NCBI GenBank assembly: GCA_038891095.1
Contig: JAWAEV010000001.1
Location: 36,458 to 100,457 of the forward strand
DNA length: 64,000 nucleotides
Reading direction: 5' to 3'
Source: Candidatus Altiarchaeota archaeon
Lineage (GTDB): Archaea; Altiarchaeota; Altiarchaeia; IMC4; QMZM01
Shown piece after piece: positions 54,342-64,000 of the stretch (position 1 is its first letter; the number at the start of each line of letters is the position of its first letter). The position numbers were made by a program, and so were the translations under genes. Under the pieces are notes generated by a model that was not told where the DNA came from, ran no database searches, and saw only the letters and a list, made by a program, of their open reading frames with translations.

Positions 54342-55031
54342 ATGGAAGTAAAACTCCTTTCATATACAAAAAATCCGGATAAGGTATGTGCAGCTGCAGC
54401 ATTTACTTCATGGAAAAAATTATCAACAAAGGAATTGTTTGAAGAGCTAAGTGACGAGGAAATGAATAAATTTTTGAAGAAAGTTATAAGTTTCGGACAT
54501 TTGTCGGTAACAGAGCATGCAAGTTTTACTTTTTCTATTTCAGGAATTTCAAGAGCATGCTCACACCAGTTGGTTCGCCATAGAATTGCCTCTTATACAC
54601 AACAATCCCAAAGATATGTAAAATTTAAGAAGGAGGAAATTGAATATATAACCCCAAAAACAATTGAAAAAAGCAAATTTTTTGATGAGTATAAAGAGAT
54701 GATGCTAAAAATTGCCGACTTGTATGAAAGAATGCTATCTGGTAGCATACCAGCCGAAGATGCTCGCTATATAATTCCAAATGCAGCAACTACAAATTTA
54801 ACAGTAACTATGAATGCTCGAGAGTTAAGACATTTTATCTCTTTAAGGCTTTGTAAAAGATCCCAATGGGAGATTAGAGAACTAGCAAGGAAAATGCTTG
54901 AAGAAGCAAAAAAAGTCGCTCCTGCACTTTTTTATGATGTTGGTATTCAATGTGAGATGCTAGGTTATTGTCCTGAGGGAGAGTTATGCTGTGGCTTATA
55001 TCCAACAAAAGAAAAATTTTTGAAAAAGTAA
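54342..55031 (+). CDS. thyX: flavin-dependent thymidylate synthase
   Basis: GHLSVTEH, HQLVRHRIASYTQQSQRY, MNAREL, QWEIR. Confidence 0.95.
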   Translation: MEVKLLSYTKNPDKVCAAAAFTSWKKLSTKELFEELSDEEMNKFLKKVISFGHLSVTEHASFTFSISGISRACSHQLVRHRIASYTQQSQRYVKFKKEEIEYITPKTIEKSKFFDEYKEMMLKIADLYERMLSGSIPAEDARYIIPNAATTNLTVTMNARELRHFISLRLCKRSQWEIRELARKMLEEAKKVAPALFYDVGIQCEMLGYCPEGELCCGLYPTKEKFLKK

Positions 55032-55120
55032 GCAAATTGTAAAAATCTATGAGATATCCTTTTTATTTTAAAAAATATACCGAAAGATATATATACTGAG
55101 ATATATCTATTTTATAACAT

Positions 55121-55435
55121 ATGGAAGAAAAAATTAAAGAAGGTAAGAGCATTATAAATCTGATTCTATATGAGAAACCTGTTGCAGTTATACTTAGCCT
55201 TAGATCTAGTGAAAAGTATGCATCAAAGGTCTCAAAAGAAGTTGATTGCACATATACTCACACATTGAAAATTCTCTCTGAACTAAAGAGTTATGGTATA
55301 GTTGAATTTAAGAAAGAGGGTAGAATAAAAAAGGTTAAACTTACTGAATCAGGGCAAGAGATTGCAAATAATTTGAATAGATTAATTAATGTCATTAAAA
55401 AATTTGAGGGAAAAAAGCTAAAAAAGAAAAAGTAG
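55121..55435 (+). CDS. winged-helix transcriptional regulator
   Basis: YASKVSKEVDCTYTH..KIL...GR.K.V.LT..G. Confidence 0.82.
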   Translation: MEEKIKEGKSIINLILYEKPVAVILSLRSSEKYASKVSKEVDCTYTHTLKILSELKSYGIVEFKKEGRIKKVKLTESGQEIANNLNRLINVIKKFEGKKLKKKK

Positions 55436-55459
55436 ATTAGGCTTTATGTAGATGGAAAA

Positions 55460-55981
55460 ATGGCATCAATCTCGATAGACAACATAATTGGATATTTCTC
55501 AAATTACTTCACGAATGAAAATTTTCCTTTTTTAGTTTTACTATTACTTGTTATTCTTTTTCTCTATACTTTCTCACAGATGAGCAGATATAACAAGCTT
55601 AAAAAATGGTTGAAGAAAAATTTAGAGGAAACTGAGAGGCAAAAAGAGATGATAAAGTGGATAGAAGACGAAATAGAAAAGTGTAAAAAAGCACAAGAAG
55701 GTTTGGATTATTGGAGTAACATAAAAGAGGAACTTGTAGAGCTATCAAAACTTCCAAGTTTGCAAGAAGATGAGAAAGAATTCATTCTGAGAATTCAAAT
55801 TTCAAAATTGAAGAAAGATAAAATTGATGTTATAGCAGATAAAAATGCTATAAATATAAATCTTTATGAGGGAGAAACTCCATTAAAGGCTACATATCAT
55901 ATGCCAAAACCAATTGATCCTAACAGGTTGTTGATAAGTTATAAAGACAATACTCTTGAAGTTAGAGCAGAAAAAATTTAA
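55460..55981 (+). CDS. TM plus coiled coil plus Hsp20/alpha-crystallin-like domain protein
   Basis: N-terminal TM; C-terminal LKKDKIDV...MPKPIDP...SYKDNTLEV. Confidence 0.6.
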   Translation: MASISIDNIIGYFSNYFTNENFPFLVLLLLVILFLYTFSQMSRYNKLKKWLKKNLEETERQKEMIKWIEDEIEKCKKAQEGLDYWSNIKEELVELSKLPSLQEDEKEFILRIQISKLKKDKIDVIADKNAININLYEGETPLKATYHMPKPIDPNRLLISYKDNTLEVRAEKI

Positions 55982-55982
55982 A

Positions 55983-56504
55983 ATGCAATTAACAAACTCA
56001 ATAACACTCAAAGAAATTTTATATTTCACAATTCCGCTATTTTTTCTTGGAGCTATTGCAATGCTATTTAGAATAAAAAAAATTCAAAGTGAACTAAATG
56101 AAATGCTAACTGAAGATACAAAAACCCTCACTGAAAACTCAGAAAAATTGAAAATTATAAAGAAAGATTTAGATGAACAACCAAAAAAATTAACTAGCTT
56201 CGAGAGAGAGCATATAATTGAAGAAATAAGAAAAATTTCTGGACTTTGGAGGTCGAGAAAAGAACGCTTAAGAAAAGGACTATGGGAGAAAATTGAACTT
56301 GGGACAAAAGAAAGCGAGGATTATAAAGTTGAAGATGAAAAAGCAAAACTTCAAAAAGAAAAAGAAAGAATAGAGGAGCTCATAAAAAGAGCGAAGATAA
56401 AATATAGAACTAGAGAAATTGATGAACAATCATTCAGAGAGATAATGAAAGACTATCAAAAAGAACTTATGGAAATCACTCTAAGGCTTTCTGAACTAAA
56501 GTAG
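55983..56504 (+). CDS. single-TM coiled-coil protein
   Basis: TM followed by charged helices; KY..REIDEQSF...M..YQ C-terminal hairpin. Confidence 0.6.
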   Translation: MQLTNSITLKEILYFTIPLFFLGAIAMLFRIKKIQSELNEMLTEDTKTLTENSEKLKIIKKDLDEQPKKLTSFEREHIIEEIRKISGLWRSRKERLRKGLWEKIELGTKESEDYKVEDEKAKLQKEKERIEELIKRAKIKYRTREIDEQSFREIMKDYQKELMEITLRLSELK

Positions 56505-57161
56505 TTATTTTTTCATTTCTATGACCTCAAAAATTTCCTCAAGATCAGCATCAGTTGTAACACAACCAGTTTTAGATAAAAGCACTCCTTGACCTACCAG
56601 GCCATAATTATGCATCTCCAACATAGTTAAATTTAATTCACTTGGGCATGCAATTCCAACGGCTGCTTTTGGTTTAAATTTCTTTGCAATTCTCTTCGCA
56701 AAACCACTACCAGGTACTATAAACAGACCCTTATAGCCTAAACTTTCAGCCTTTTGGTAAATATTAAAAATTTTACATCTCTTGCACTTTATGCATTTTA
56801 TCCCATCAACTGGAGAGATTTTTGCTGGACATTCTAAATGCCTTAAACACTGCGGCAAAACAATAATTCTCTCATTGTAAGGCACTTCTGAAAATTTTTC
56901 TTTAAGGAGCATGTTTCTTATTTCAACTCCAACAATGTCAACCATTGTTTCATTTCCGCCAAAAAAAGCAATCACTTTCTTTGATGGGATATATAAAGAA
57001 TCTAAAATAAATAGTATGAAATTTGGAAAGAAAATTCTTTTTTTCTTGAAGGCAAGATATGCTAAAAATAAACCAATAGATAGAAGAATTGTAATAGCAA
57101 TAAAAGCAAAAAAAGTTAACTTACCTATAAACTCGTATGGAATTTCAATTGTCATTTTCAT
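56505..57161 (-). CDS. DUF116 family protein
   Basis: LPQCLR..CPA, CIKCKRCKI, VPGSGF, GIAC..EL, GC..T. Confidence 0.88.
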   Translation of the reverse strand: MKMTIEIPYEFIGKLTFFAFIAITILLSIGLFLAYLAFKKKRIFFPNFILFILDSLYIPSKKVIAFFGGNETMVDIVGVEIRNMLLKEKFSEVPYNERIIVLPQCLRHLECPAKISPVDGIKCIKCKRCKIFNIYQKAESLGYKGLFIVPGSGFAKRIAKKFKPKAAVGIACPSELNLTMLEMHNYGLVGQGVLLSKTGCVTTDADLEEIFEVIEMKK

Positions 57162-58281
57162 TTATAACTCTTTCAAATATTTCAACTGCTTTTTGAAGTT
57201 CTCTCATCGTTACAGCGCCATAGCTTATTCTCAAGCATTTTTTGCCGTTTGAGCCAAATGAGGATCCAGGCACAACACATATGCCATTAACTAATAATTT
57301 TTCAGTTAATGCTATATCATCTATCCCGAAATTTGGAAAAATATAAAATGCTCCATCTGGCTTAGCAACTTTAGAAAATTTTTTTAGTTTATTAAAAAGA
57401 AAATTTCTTCGCTCTTTTAATTCATTGACCTGCTCTTTGAATTCTTCTCTTACTTCATTTTTAAATGCCTCCAAAGCAGCATACTGAAAGACAGATGGCG
57501 CACAAGAAACTGTTTGCTGTTGAATTATATTCATTTTATCTATAACCTCTTTTATTTTGCAAACTCCATAACCAATTCTCCATCCTGTGACTGATGCTTC
57601 CTTTGAAAATCCATTCACTGTTATGCATTTCTCATACATGCTACCAGGACTGAAATGTTTCCCTTCATAAATGATTTTTTCGTAAATTTCATCTGAGAGG
57701 AGCCATGCATTTTTTCTCTCTGCAATGTCTACAATCTTTTTGATAACTTTCTCTGAATAAACTGCCCCAGTAGGATTATTAGGTGAATTTAAAATTAACA
57801 TCTTGAATTTTTCATTTTCAAGGTAAGATAAAAATTCCTCATCTGGAATGAATTTATTTTCAAATTTTAATGGAGGATGAATTACTCTTCCATTAGAAAA
57901 ATTTACAATTTGCTCATAGCTTACCCAACTTGGATCTGGAATTGCAACAACATCATTATTATCAATTAATGCCATAACAGCTTCAAAAATAATTTGTTTT
58001 GCACCTGTGCTAACAATTACATTCTCAGAACTTACAGAAATTTTATTTTCATTTCTTAGCTTTTCTGCTATTTTCTCTCTGAGCTCAGAAATTCCTTTAG
58101 AGTTTGTGTATTTATTTTTCCCAGAATCAATAGCTACTTTTGCAGCATCTTTTATCTTCTTTGGAACATCAAAATTTGTCCTTCCTATCGTTAGGTCAAT
58201 AACCTCTTTATTTTTAGCAATCGTAGCATATTTGAATGTTTCAGATTCTTTAAGCTTTAGCATCCTCTTTGCAAATTCCAT
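57145..58281 (-). CDS. class I/II PLP aminotransferase (aspartate aminotransferase-like)
   Basis: GAKQ, NSPNNPTG, SDEIYE, NGFSK...TGWRIG. Confidence 0.92.
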   Translation of the reverse strand: MEFAKRMLKLKESETFKYATIAKNKEVIDLTIGRTNFDVPKKIKDAAKVAIDSGKNKYTNSKGISELREKIAEKLRNENKISVSSENVIVSTGAKQIIFEAVMALIDNNDVVAIPDPSWVSYEQIVNFSNGRVIHPPLKFENKFIPDEEFLSYLENEKFKMLILNSPNNPTGAVYSEKVIKKIVDIAERKNAWLLSDEIYEKIIYEGKHFSPGSMYEKCITVNGFSKEASVTGWRIGYGVCKIKEVIDKMNIIQQQTVSCAPSVFQYAALEAFKNEVREEFKEQVNELKERRNFLFNKLKKFSKVAKPDGAFYIFPNFGIDDIALTEKLLVNGICVVPGSSFGSNGKKCLRISYGAVTMRELQKAVEIFERVINENDN

Positions 58282-58289
58282 TCTGAATT

Positions 58290-60608
58290 TTAAAAATTTT
58301 CAATTTTAACAATTTTTGGTTTTGCTTTTTGTGCAAATGGTGCTAAAATAAATTTTTCTTCCTTTTCTATCTTTACTTTTTCTTCCTTAGATAGTTCTTC
58401 TATGTCTTTAATTGGATATGCTCTTATTTCCTGTCCTCCTTTTTCCACTTCTGTAACCTCTTCTTTTAATTGCCTTACTTCTTTTTTACCCTTAACTCTT
58501 TCTACTTCAGCTTTTATGGCTCTCATTTCTGTAGTACCTTTTTCCTCCTTTTCAATTCCCTTTTCCTCTTTTGGAATTCCAACTATTTTAATGCCGTATT
58601 TCTCAGTAGCGTATTCCTCTAAGGTTTTTCCTTGCTCTGCTGCCTCTTTTTTAAGTTTTTCAATTTCCACCGCACTTAATGGTCTCTGAATGGCTTTTAT
58701 TCCTTCTAAGATTTTTTCCTCCTTTTCAATTCCCTTTTCCTCTTTTGGAATTCCAACTATTTTAATGCCGTATTTCTCAGTAGCGTATTCCTCTAAGGTT
58801 TTTCCTTGCTCTGCTGCCTCTTTTTTAAGTTGCTCATAGAGCTCTAAATTTTCCTCTTTGAGTGTCTCATAGGAGACTTCACCATATTCATCAGCTAAGT
58901 CCTTTAATAAAGGCTCAGTTTCCTTTGGTTTTACATCGACTTTAATATCAACAAAATTCTTAAAGCCCTCTCTACAAGTAACAAAGATTGTGCCCTCATA
59001 AGTTTTTATTTTTGCATCTTCCATTACAGTGATTTTAACTTTTATTGCTTTTACCTCACCTGGTTTTAAATCAAATTTCTTCTCACTATAATCAACAAGT
59101 ATGTCCTCTTCTGCAAGATCCTGCTCAATAAAGTTTATGCTATGCAAAACTAAAGGAGTTAGATTCTCAACATTAAGTGTGAATTTTGTGCTGTTATCTC
59201 TTTCAACTGAAACTGCAACTTGAGCAGGCTTTACTTTTAGCCCTAACTTGACAATAATCTCTTTTTCAGCCTTAGAAAGTTCTTTTAGAGAAGGTCTCTT
59301 AGCTTCAGTGACAGGAGTTATAGTTATCGTTTTAGGATACTCTACAACATATGGCTCTTTCTTTTCTATAACTTTCATGCCATACCACTCAGCAATATAC
59401 TCCTGCATTGACATTTCTTTCTTTTTTGCTTCTTCTTCAAGTTCTCTGTAAAGTTCTCTTTGGTGTTTTAATCTCTCTAAAGCAATCCTCCGCTTTCTAT
59501 CAGAAAGCTCCTTCAGTTGCTCTTCAATTTCTTTCTCAGAAAGTCTTTCTTTTAGTTCTGGAATTAAAGTTTGTTCAAATTTATTAAAATTTTTTGAAAT
59601 TTTTTTGGCTAAGATTTTTCTTAGATAATTTGTGATGTAGAACATCCCAACTGGGGAGAAAATTAAAAGTAAAGTTCCAGCAATTCCAAATGCACTAAAT
59701 TCATATAGTATGGAATGCAATAAATTTTCCCCTATAGCGACAGAGACAACTACAATTGCAAAGCTCACTGGTAGAAAAACACAAAAAAATATCATTGCTA
59801 TTAAAATTTTTCCAATGTCTCTTGTTAGTGAAAATCCAAATAAAAATATTGCAATTGGCATTAACACGGCTAAAATTATAACAAGGATATATCTCACAAT
59901 CAAAAAAAGAAATGCTCCAAGTGTTATCAAATAAGAAAGTAAGATTAATATAGCCCCAAAATTTATATTTCCAACTCCAACATTTTGTGTCATTCTCGCA
60001 AAATTTAGAATTGTGCTCTCATGTATTTCAAGAAAATTTCTCGGAGCAAAAGAAAGAATGTTTTGGGTTAATGCATTTGATGTTGAAAGCAAAATTTTCA
60101 TTATTTCGGGAGAGATTGAGATTAGAACCATGCTTAATATGAGCCGCAGTAAGTAAGATTTTGCTCTTGCTCTTCCCATTGGTGAAGCAGAAATAAAAAT
60201 CAGGTAAATGCCTATTAAAGTAATTGCAGTAACATATAATGGAGCGAGAATTTTAATTGTATACGAAATCAAAATTAAAATTCTTTGATCTGAAATTTCA
60301 GGATTCTGCAAGAGAAGAGATTCAAAATTTCCATAAGTTATTTTTGATAATTCTAAAATTTCCTTTGTAGATGCTGAAATTAAAAGAAAATTCTGTATAA
60401 AGTTCCCAAGGAAGTATGTTAACGCATCTGTTGTGCCTTCAAGAAATTCGCTCCACATAGGAACTTTTTCATTTGGCTCATATGTGCTGGCATTTCCATT
60501 TGCACTTATCTGTAAGGATAGGAATAAAATGACAAAAACAAGAGAGGTTAATCTAAACCATATCCTTAAAATTTTTTCTTTCTCTGAGAGCCTAAATTTT
60601 TTATTCAT
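58290..60608 (-). CDS. VirB6/TrbL-like polytopic membrane protein with long C-terminal tail (Ig-like domain and repeats)
   Basis: Shared core SP.GRA.AK..L.RL, RY..IL....P; tail DLKPGEVKAIKV. Confidence 0.55.
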   Translation of the reverse strand: MNKKFRLSEKEKILRIWFRLTSLVFVILFLSLQISANGNASTYEPNEKVPMWSEFLEGTTDALTYFLGNFIQNFLLISASTKEILELSKITYGNFESLLLQNPEISDQRILILISYTIKILAPLYVTAITLIGIYLIFISASPMGRARAKSYLLRLILSMVLISISPEIMKILLSTSNALTQNILSFAPRNFLEIHESTILNFARMTQNVGVGNINFGAILILLSYLITLGAFLFLIVRYILVIILAVLMPIAIFLFGFSLTRDIGKILIAMIFFCVFLPVSFAIVVVSVAIGENLLHSILYEFSAFGIAGTLLLIFSPVGMFYITNYLRKILAKKISKNFNKFEQTLIPELKERLSEKEIEEQLKELSDRKRRIALERLKHQRELYRELEEEAKKKEMSMQEYIAEWYGMKVIEKKEPYVVEYPKTITITPVTEAKRPSLKELSKAEKEIIVKLGLKVKPAQVAVSVERDNSTKFTLNVENLTPLVLHSINFIEQDLAEEDILVDYSEKKFDLKPGEVKAIKVKITVMEDAKIKTYEGTIFVTCREGFKNFVDIKVDVKPKETEPLLKDLADEYGEVSYETLKEENLELYEQLKKEAAEQGKTLEEYATEKYGIKIVGIPKEEKGIEKEEKILEGIKAIQRPLSAVEIEKLKKEAAEQGKTLEEYATEKYGIKIVGIPKEEKGIEKEEKGTTEMRAIKAEVERVKGKKEVRQLKEEVTEVEKGGQEIRAYPIKDIEELSKEEKVKIEKEEKFILAPFAQKAKPKIVKIENF
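58539..58831. repeat. exact 119-bp direct repeat (58539-58657 and 58713-58831), in frame
   Basis: Identical sequence at 174-bp offset encoding LKKEAAEQGKTLEEYATEKYGIKIVGIPKEEKGIEKEEK. Confidence 0.9.
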
Positions 60609-61657
60609 TCTAAAATAAATTTGTCTATCTCAAAACTTATTTTTTGCTTTATTGTTATTACTATTGCAGAACCCAAAAGGAGATCTAATATTTTAATAAA
60701 AATAAGGGGTGAAATTATAAGTAGGAGATAACCTGCTAGAGATATAAACAACTTTAGTGGTATGAAATTCACTGAATAAAAGCTTACTGATGCTGCACCT
60801 ATGATAAATGCATTGAAAATTGGTAGAAATATCCACATAAGACTAACACTAATTATAATTTTACCTGATCTGCTTAATGGAGCAAATGAGTAAAGAAAGA
60901 CGGCAAATGGGAAAATCGCGGTAATTAGGATTATAGCAAGATATCTCACTGAGAGAATTATCAACACTAAGATAGGTAACAGAATGGAAAGCAAAAGGAA
61001 AAATGAGCCAGGAATTGGTTTAAAGAAAGTTACTATAGCAAAATATGCCATAAAAAACTCGATAGAAAATTTAAAAATTTCTGTGTTTGGCTGAAATATT
61101 GCTATAACTATTGATGCAAATGAATGTGAAATTTCAAGCAAAAGTTGTATTATTGGTAAAGTTAGCATTATTATCCCTAAGCCTATGATAAGTCTTACTA
61201 ATGTTGCTTTTGCATTTGTCCTTCCTCTTGGAGAAGCAGAGAGAAAAAGTAGGTAAATAGCTGTGAGTAAAATTGCGATAATGTATAAAGGCTCTAAGAT
61301 CGAAATTGAAGTTGAGAGAAGTGTTTTTATTTTGCTATGGGAAACATCTGGAACAGCCATTGTAAAAGGGATTAAAATTTCAGTATACTTCTGCATTAAG
61401 TTATCCATCGCTCTTGAAATTTTATGTATGAGCTCCGCTCTTCTTGAAAGTTCATAGAAAAATTCAGGATATTTCTCTCTGTAGCTTTGGGCTATTTCAT
61501 TTAATTTTCTCATTAATGCTTCTGAATTTCTAGCAAATGGAATTATGCTATCATCAGATTGCCAAGTAAATTGTGCTCTTATTTGTGAGATTATAAGCAG
61601 GATTACTAAAATTGCAAAAATTATCCTTGCTATTAAAACAATTTCCTTTATTTTCAT
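60605..61657 (-). CDS. VirB6/TrbL-like membrane protein paralog
   Basis: EPLYII...SASPRGRTNAKATLVRL...RYLAIIL...FP. Confidence 0.55.
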   Translation of the reverse strand: MKIKEIVLIARIIFAILVILLIISQIRAQFTWQSDDSIIPFARNSEALMRKLNEIAQSYREKYPEFFYELSRRAELIHKISRAMDNLMQKYTEILIPFTMAVPDVSHSKIKTLLSTSISILEPLYIIAILLTAIYLLFLSASPRGRTNAKATLVRLIIGLGIIMLTLPIIQLLLEISHSFASIVIAIFQPNTEIFKFSIEFFMAYFAIVTFFKPIPGSFFLLLSILLPILVLIILSVRYLAIILITAIFPFAVFLYSFAPLSRSGKIIISVSLMWIFLPIFNAFIIGAASVSFYSVNFIPLKLFISLAGYLLLIISPLIFIKILDLLLGSAIVITIKQKISFEIDKFILE

Positions 61658-63147
61658 CTTCCTAGGAAGTTTCTGAATTTTATTGAAATGAAAATTGGTG
61701 TTATTGCTAACATTAATAAAGAGGAAATTTCCATTATTATTCTTAATTCAAATGGTGCAACAAATGTTTGCATTCCTGAAATCATTTTAATTCCAACCAT
61801 AGAAATCGAAAAAACAAAAGCCATTGCTATTTGTGATAATGTCCAAAGTACAGTTTGTTCAAAAAGAAGTTTTGAAATTCCTCTTGTTAATTTTAATGGG
61901 TAGAGTAAAATCGCAAAAGGAAATAAAGTTGCTAATGTGAGAAGGATAAAATATCTAAGCTTTAGTATAAGGATAAGAATAAATATGGCGAAATAAGGGT
62001 AAACGAGGAAGGGCATTGTAGGAATTTCTTCTAATTTAGCGTATTCTTCAGCATTAGAGAGCAAATAGGTTATGCTCTCAAAAAAAATTTTTTCTTTCTC
62101 TATTGGTATCTGTGCTAATATAATTTGTGTTATGCCATGAGAAATGCCAAAGAATAAAGTTAATAATAATGGTGAGACTGTTATCAAACACATTGAAATT
62201 ATCAAAAAAAGTAGTGATGACTTCGCTCTAACTCTCGCTTCTGGTGAGCCAGAGAAAAACAGTAAATAGATTCCAACCACAAGAGTTAATGTTACATATA
62301 ATGGAGTTAAAATTGAGATTATTGCATTTATAATACATCTTATGTTACATAACTCCCTGCTCTCAAGGCATTCTATTGATAAGCTACTTAACATTGAGTT
62401 TGATGTATCTAATGCCAAAGCAATAACTCCTGCTTCAGAAGAAATTTCTCTGTATATTTCTGAAAGTTTTTTATCACATGTTATCTTATAGAACTTTCCT
62501 CTTGTGATAGAAGAAATTTCCAAAAGAAAATTCTCATCCGCATCATCGCCTAAGGCAATTGTATAAATTCTAATTCCTTTTGCTCTCGCAAAATTTGCTG
62601 CTTGCAAAGCTAAATTTTTACTTGAAGATGTGTGACCATCAGTAATAAGCACTATATCTTTTCTTTCATCAACTACTGAAAGAGCTTCAATTGCTTTGAG
62701 TATGCCACAATGCACACACGAAAGACCACTTGGTTTATAGAGAGAAATTTTTTTATGTAAAAAATTTTTATCTTTGCTTGGCAGTGAATCTATAACTGCT
62801 TCATCTTTGAAAGAAACTAAAGCAATCGGTTTTTCTTTTGAGAGAGAAATATCAACAAAACCATAAGCTGCTTCTTTTATTGCTAAAATTTTTGTCTCTG
62901 TTATTGAAGTGTTAATTATGCCTACTTTTTTCTCTTCAACAAATGAAGGATTTTCAAGTATAAGCATATCAAAATTTTCCAATAATGTCAGAAGTTCAAT
63001 GCTAAGGCGATAGTATTCATGGAATACATCTGTTCTAAATTTTAGACTTAAAATTTCGCTGAAGATACTGGATATATCGACAGCGGTTGCATTTTGAACT
63101 AAGAGCATTGCTATTAAGCCTATTACCACAAATTGAATTTTTTTCAT
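61654..63147 (-). CDS. VirB6/TrbL-like membrane protein with inserted vWA domain
   Basis: LITDG, IYTIALG, LDTSNSM; core SGSPEARVRAKSSL...RYFILL...FP. Confidence 0.6.
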   Translation of the reverse strand: MKKIQFVVIGLIAMLLVQNATAVDISSIFSEILSLKFRTDVFHEYYRLSIELLTLLENFDMLILENPSFVEEKKVGIINTSITETKILAIKEAAYGFVDISLSKEKPIALVSFKDEAVIDSLPSKDKNFLHKKISLYKPSGLSCVHCGILKAIEALSVVDERKDIVLITDGHTSSSKNLALQAANFARAKGIRIYTIALGDDADENFLLEISSITRGKFYKITCDKKLSEIYREISSEAGVIALALDTSNSMLSSLSIECLESRELCNIRCIINAIISILTPLYVTLTLVVGIYLLFFSGSPEARVRAKSSLLFLIISMCLITVSPLLLTLFFGISHGITQIILAQIPIEKEKIFFESITYLLSNAEEYAKLEEIPTMPFLVYPYFAIFILILILKLRYFILLTLATLFPFAILLYPLKLTRGISKLLFEQTVLWTLSQIAMAFVFSISMVGIKMISGMQTFVAPFELRIIMEISSLLMLAITPIFISIKFRNFLGR

Positions 63148-64000
63148 GGCAAGAATCTTTTCATTATTATGAATAAAGCTATTGGAGAAGATATAAATAA
63201 CAACGAGGCTGTGAATCCAATAAAAAGCAAGAGATCATGAGAGAGTATACTTGCTGAAATATTCCCTATTGTGAAAACAAGTGCTAAAATTACCTGAGAG
63301 AAAGACCATATAAAAACCTGCTCAAAAATTTTTCTGCCAACTGTTTTTGTTGTGTTGAAAAAATAGAAGAATATACCAAGAGGCATTAAAATTGAAAATA
63401 TCGTTAGCAATAAATATCTAAGAGAAAGAATTGAAAAAATTCCAAAAAATAGTAAAATTTCGATCATCAAAAATATATGACCGCCAGAAAATGAAATAGC
63501 TGTCTTTGTTGCAAATTCATTTGAAAAACGTATTATCGCATCCCTGAAAATATTTGCTCCTTGTGGATTAAAATTCAGGATATCTGAAGTTAAATTTTCA
63601 GATGCTGAGAAAATGAATTTTAGTATAGGTATGCTAAGAGTAACGAGAAACATACTTATTAAAAGCCTCAAAAGTAGAGATTTTGCATTTGCCCTTCCTC
63701 TTGGCGAGGAGGACATTAGTATTAGATAGAATCCACATAAAATTATTGTAATAACATAGAATGGCTCAAGAAGGTTTATGAAAAAGACTAATGCACCATT
63801 AATCAGCGGGTTATCTAACTGAGGATTTTGAAGTATCATTAATTGTAAGTTGTCATAGAATATTAAAATAGAGGGCAAAAGAACATTATAAAAAACTCCT
63901 ATAAAAATTCCCCTCCAATTAAATTCTAAAGCTAACTTCTCTATTGCTACATCTCCAAATGTCTTACCATGAGTTACTGTTGATATAGTTATTAAAACTG
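63144..64000 (-). CDS. VirB6/TrbL-like membrane protein paralog; start lies beyond the right edge
   Basis: Frame stays open to 64000; LQNP...EPFYV...SSSPRGRANAKSLLLRL...RYLLL...MP. Confidence 0.55.
   Translation of the reverse strand, partial: VLITISTVTHGKTFGDVAIEKLALEFNWRGIFIGVFYNVLLPSILIFYDNLQLMILQNPQLDNPLINGALVFFINLLEPFYVITIILCGFYLILMSSSPRGRANAKSLLLRLLISMFLVTLSIPILKFIFSASENLTSDILNFNPQGANIFRDAIIRFSNEFATKTAISFSGGHIFLMIEILLFFGIFSILSLRYLLLTIFSILMPLGIFFYFFNTTKTVGRKIFEQVFIWSFSQVILALVFTIGNISASILSHDLLLFIGFTASLLFISSPIALFIIMKRFLP

Overview
AT-rich archaeal chromosomal segment. The lineage is probably DPANN/Altiarchaeota-like; this is an inference from the divergent rRNA, a type-M-like RNase P RNA and gene content. 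In order along the window: (1) a decaying glycan-biosynthesis cluster; (2) housekeeping genes rpiA, pfdA, ftsY, radB, purA, tyrS, bud32 and truD; (3) pilin-like surface proteins and a Rad50-like ATPase with no mre11 beside it; (4) a minus-strand RNA operon 16S-tRNA(Ala)-23S-RNase P RNA with no 5S, a 62-nt BHB-type intron in 23S helix 89 and unusual peptidyl-transferase-centre bases; (5) galT, FG-GAP/helical-repeat surface proteins, glyS and scpA; (6) an operon bracketed by tatA/tatC that encodes a Tat-signal AmmeMemoRadiSam radical SAM enzyme, a membrane-anchored MEMO-AMMECR1 fusion, a NapH-like ferredoxin and a membrane SpeE-fold protein; (7) ilvC, tfe, an MjaI-family restriction-modification locus and thyX; (8) at the right edge, four or more tandem paralogous VirB6/TrbL-like membrane proteins with variable accessory domains. 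Several real small genes are missing from the ORF track (two tatA, a 57-aa ORF). All calls come from reading motifs by eye; no database searches were run.
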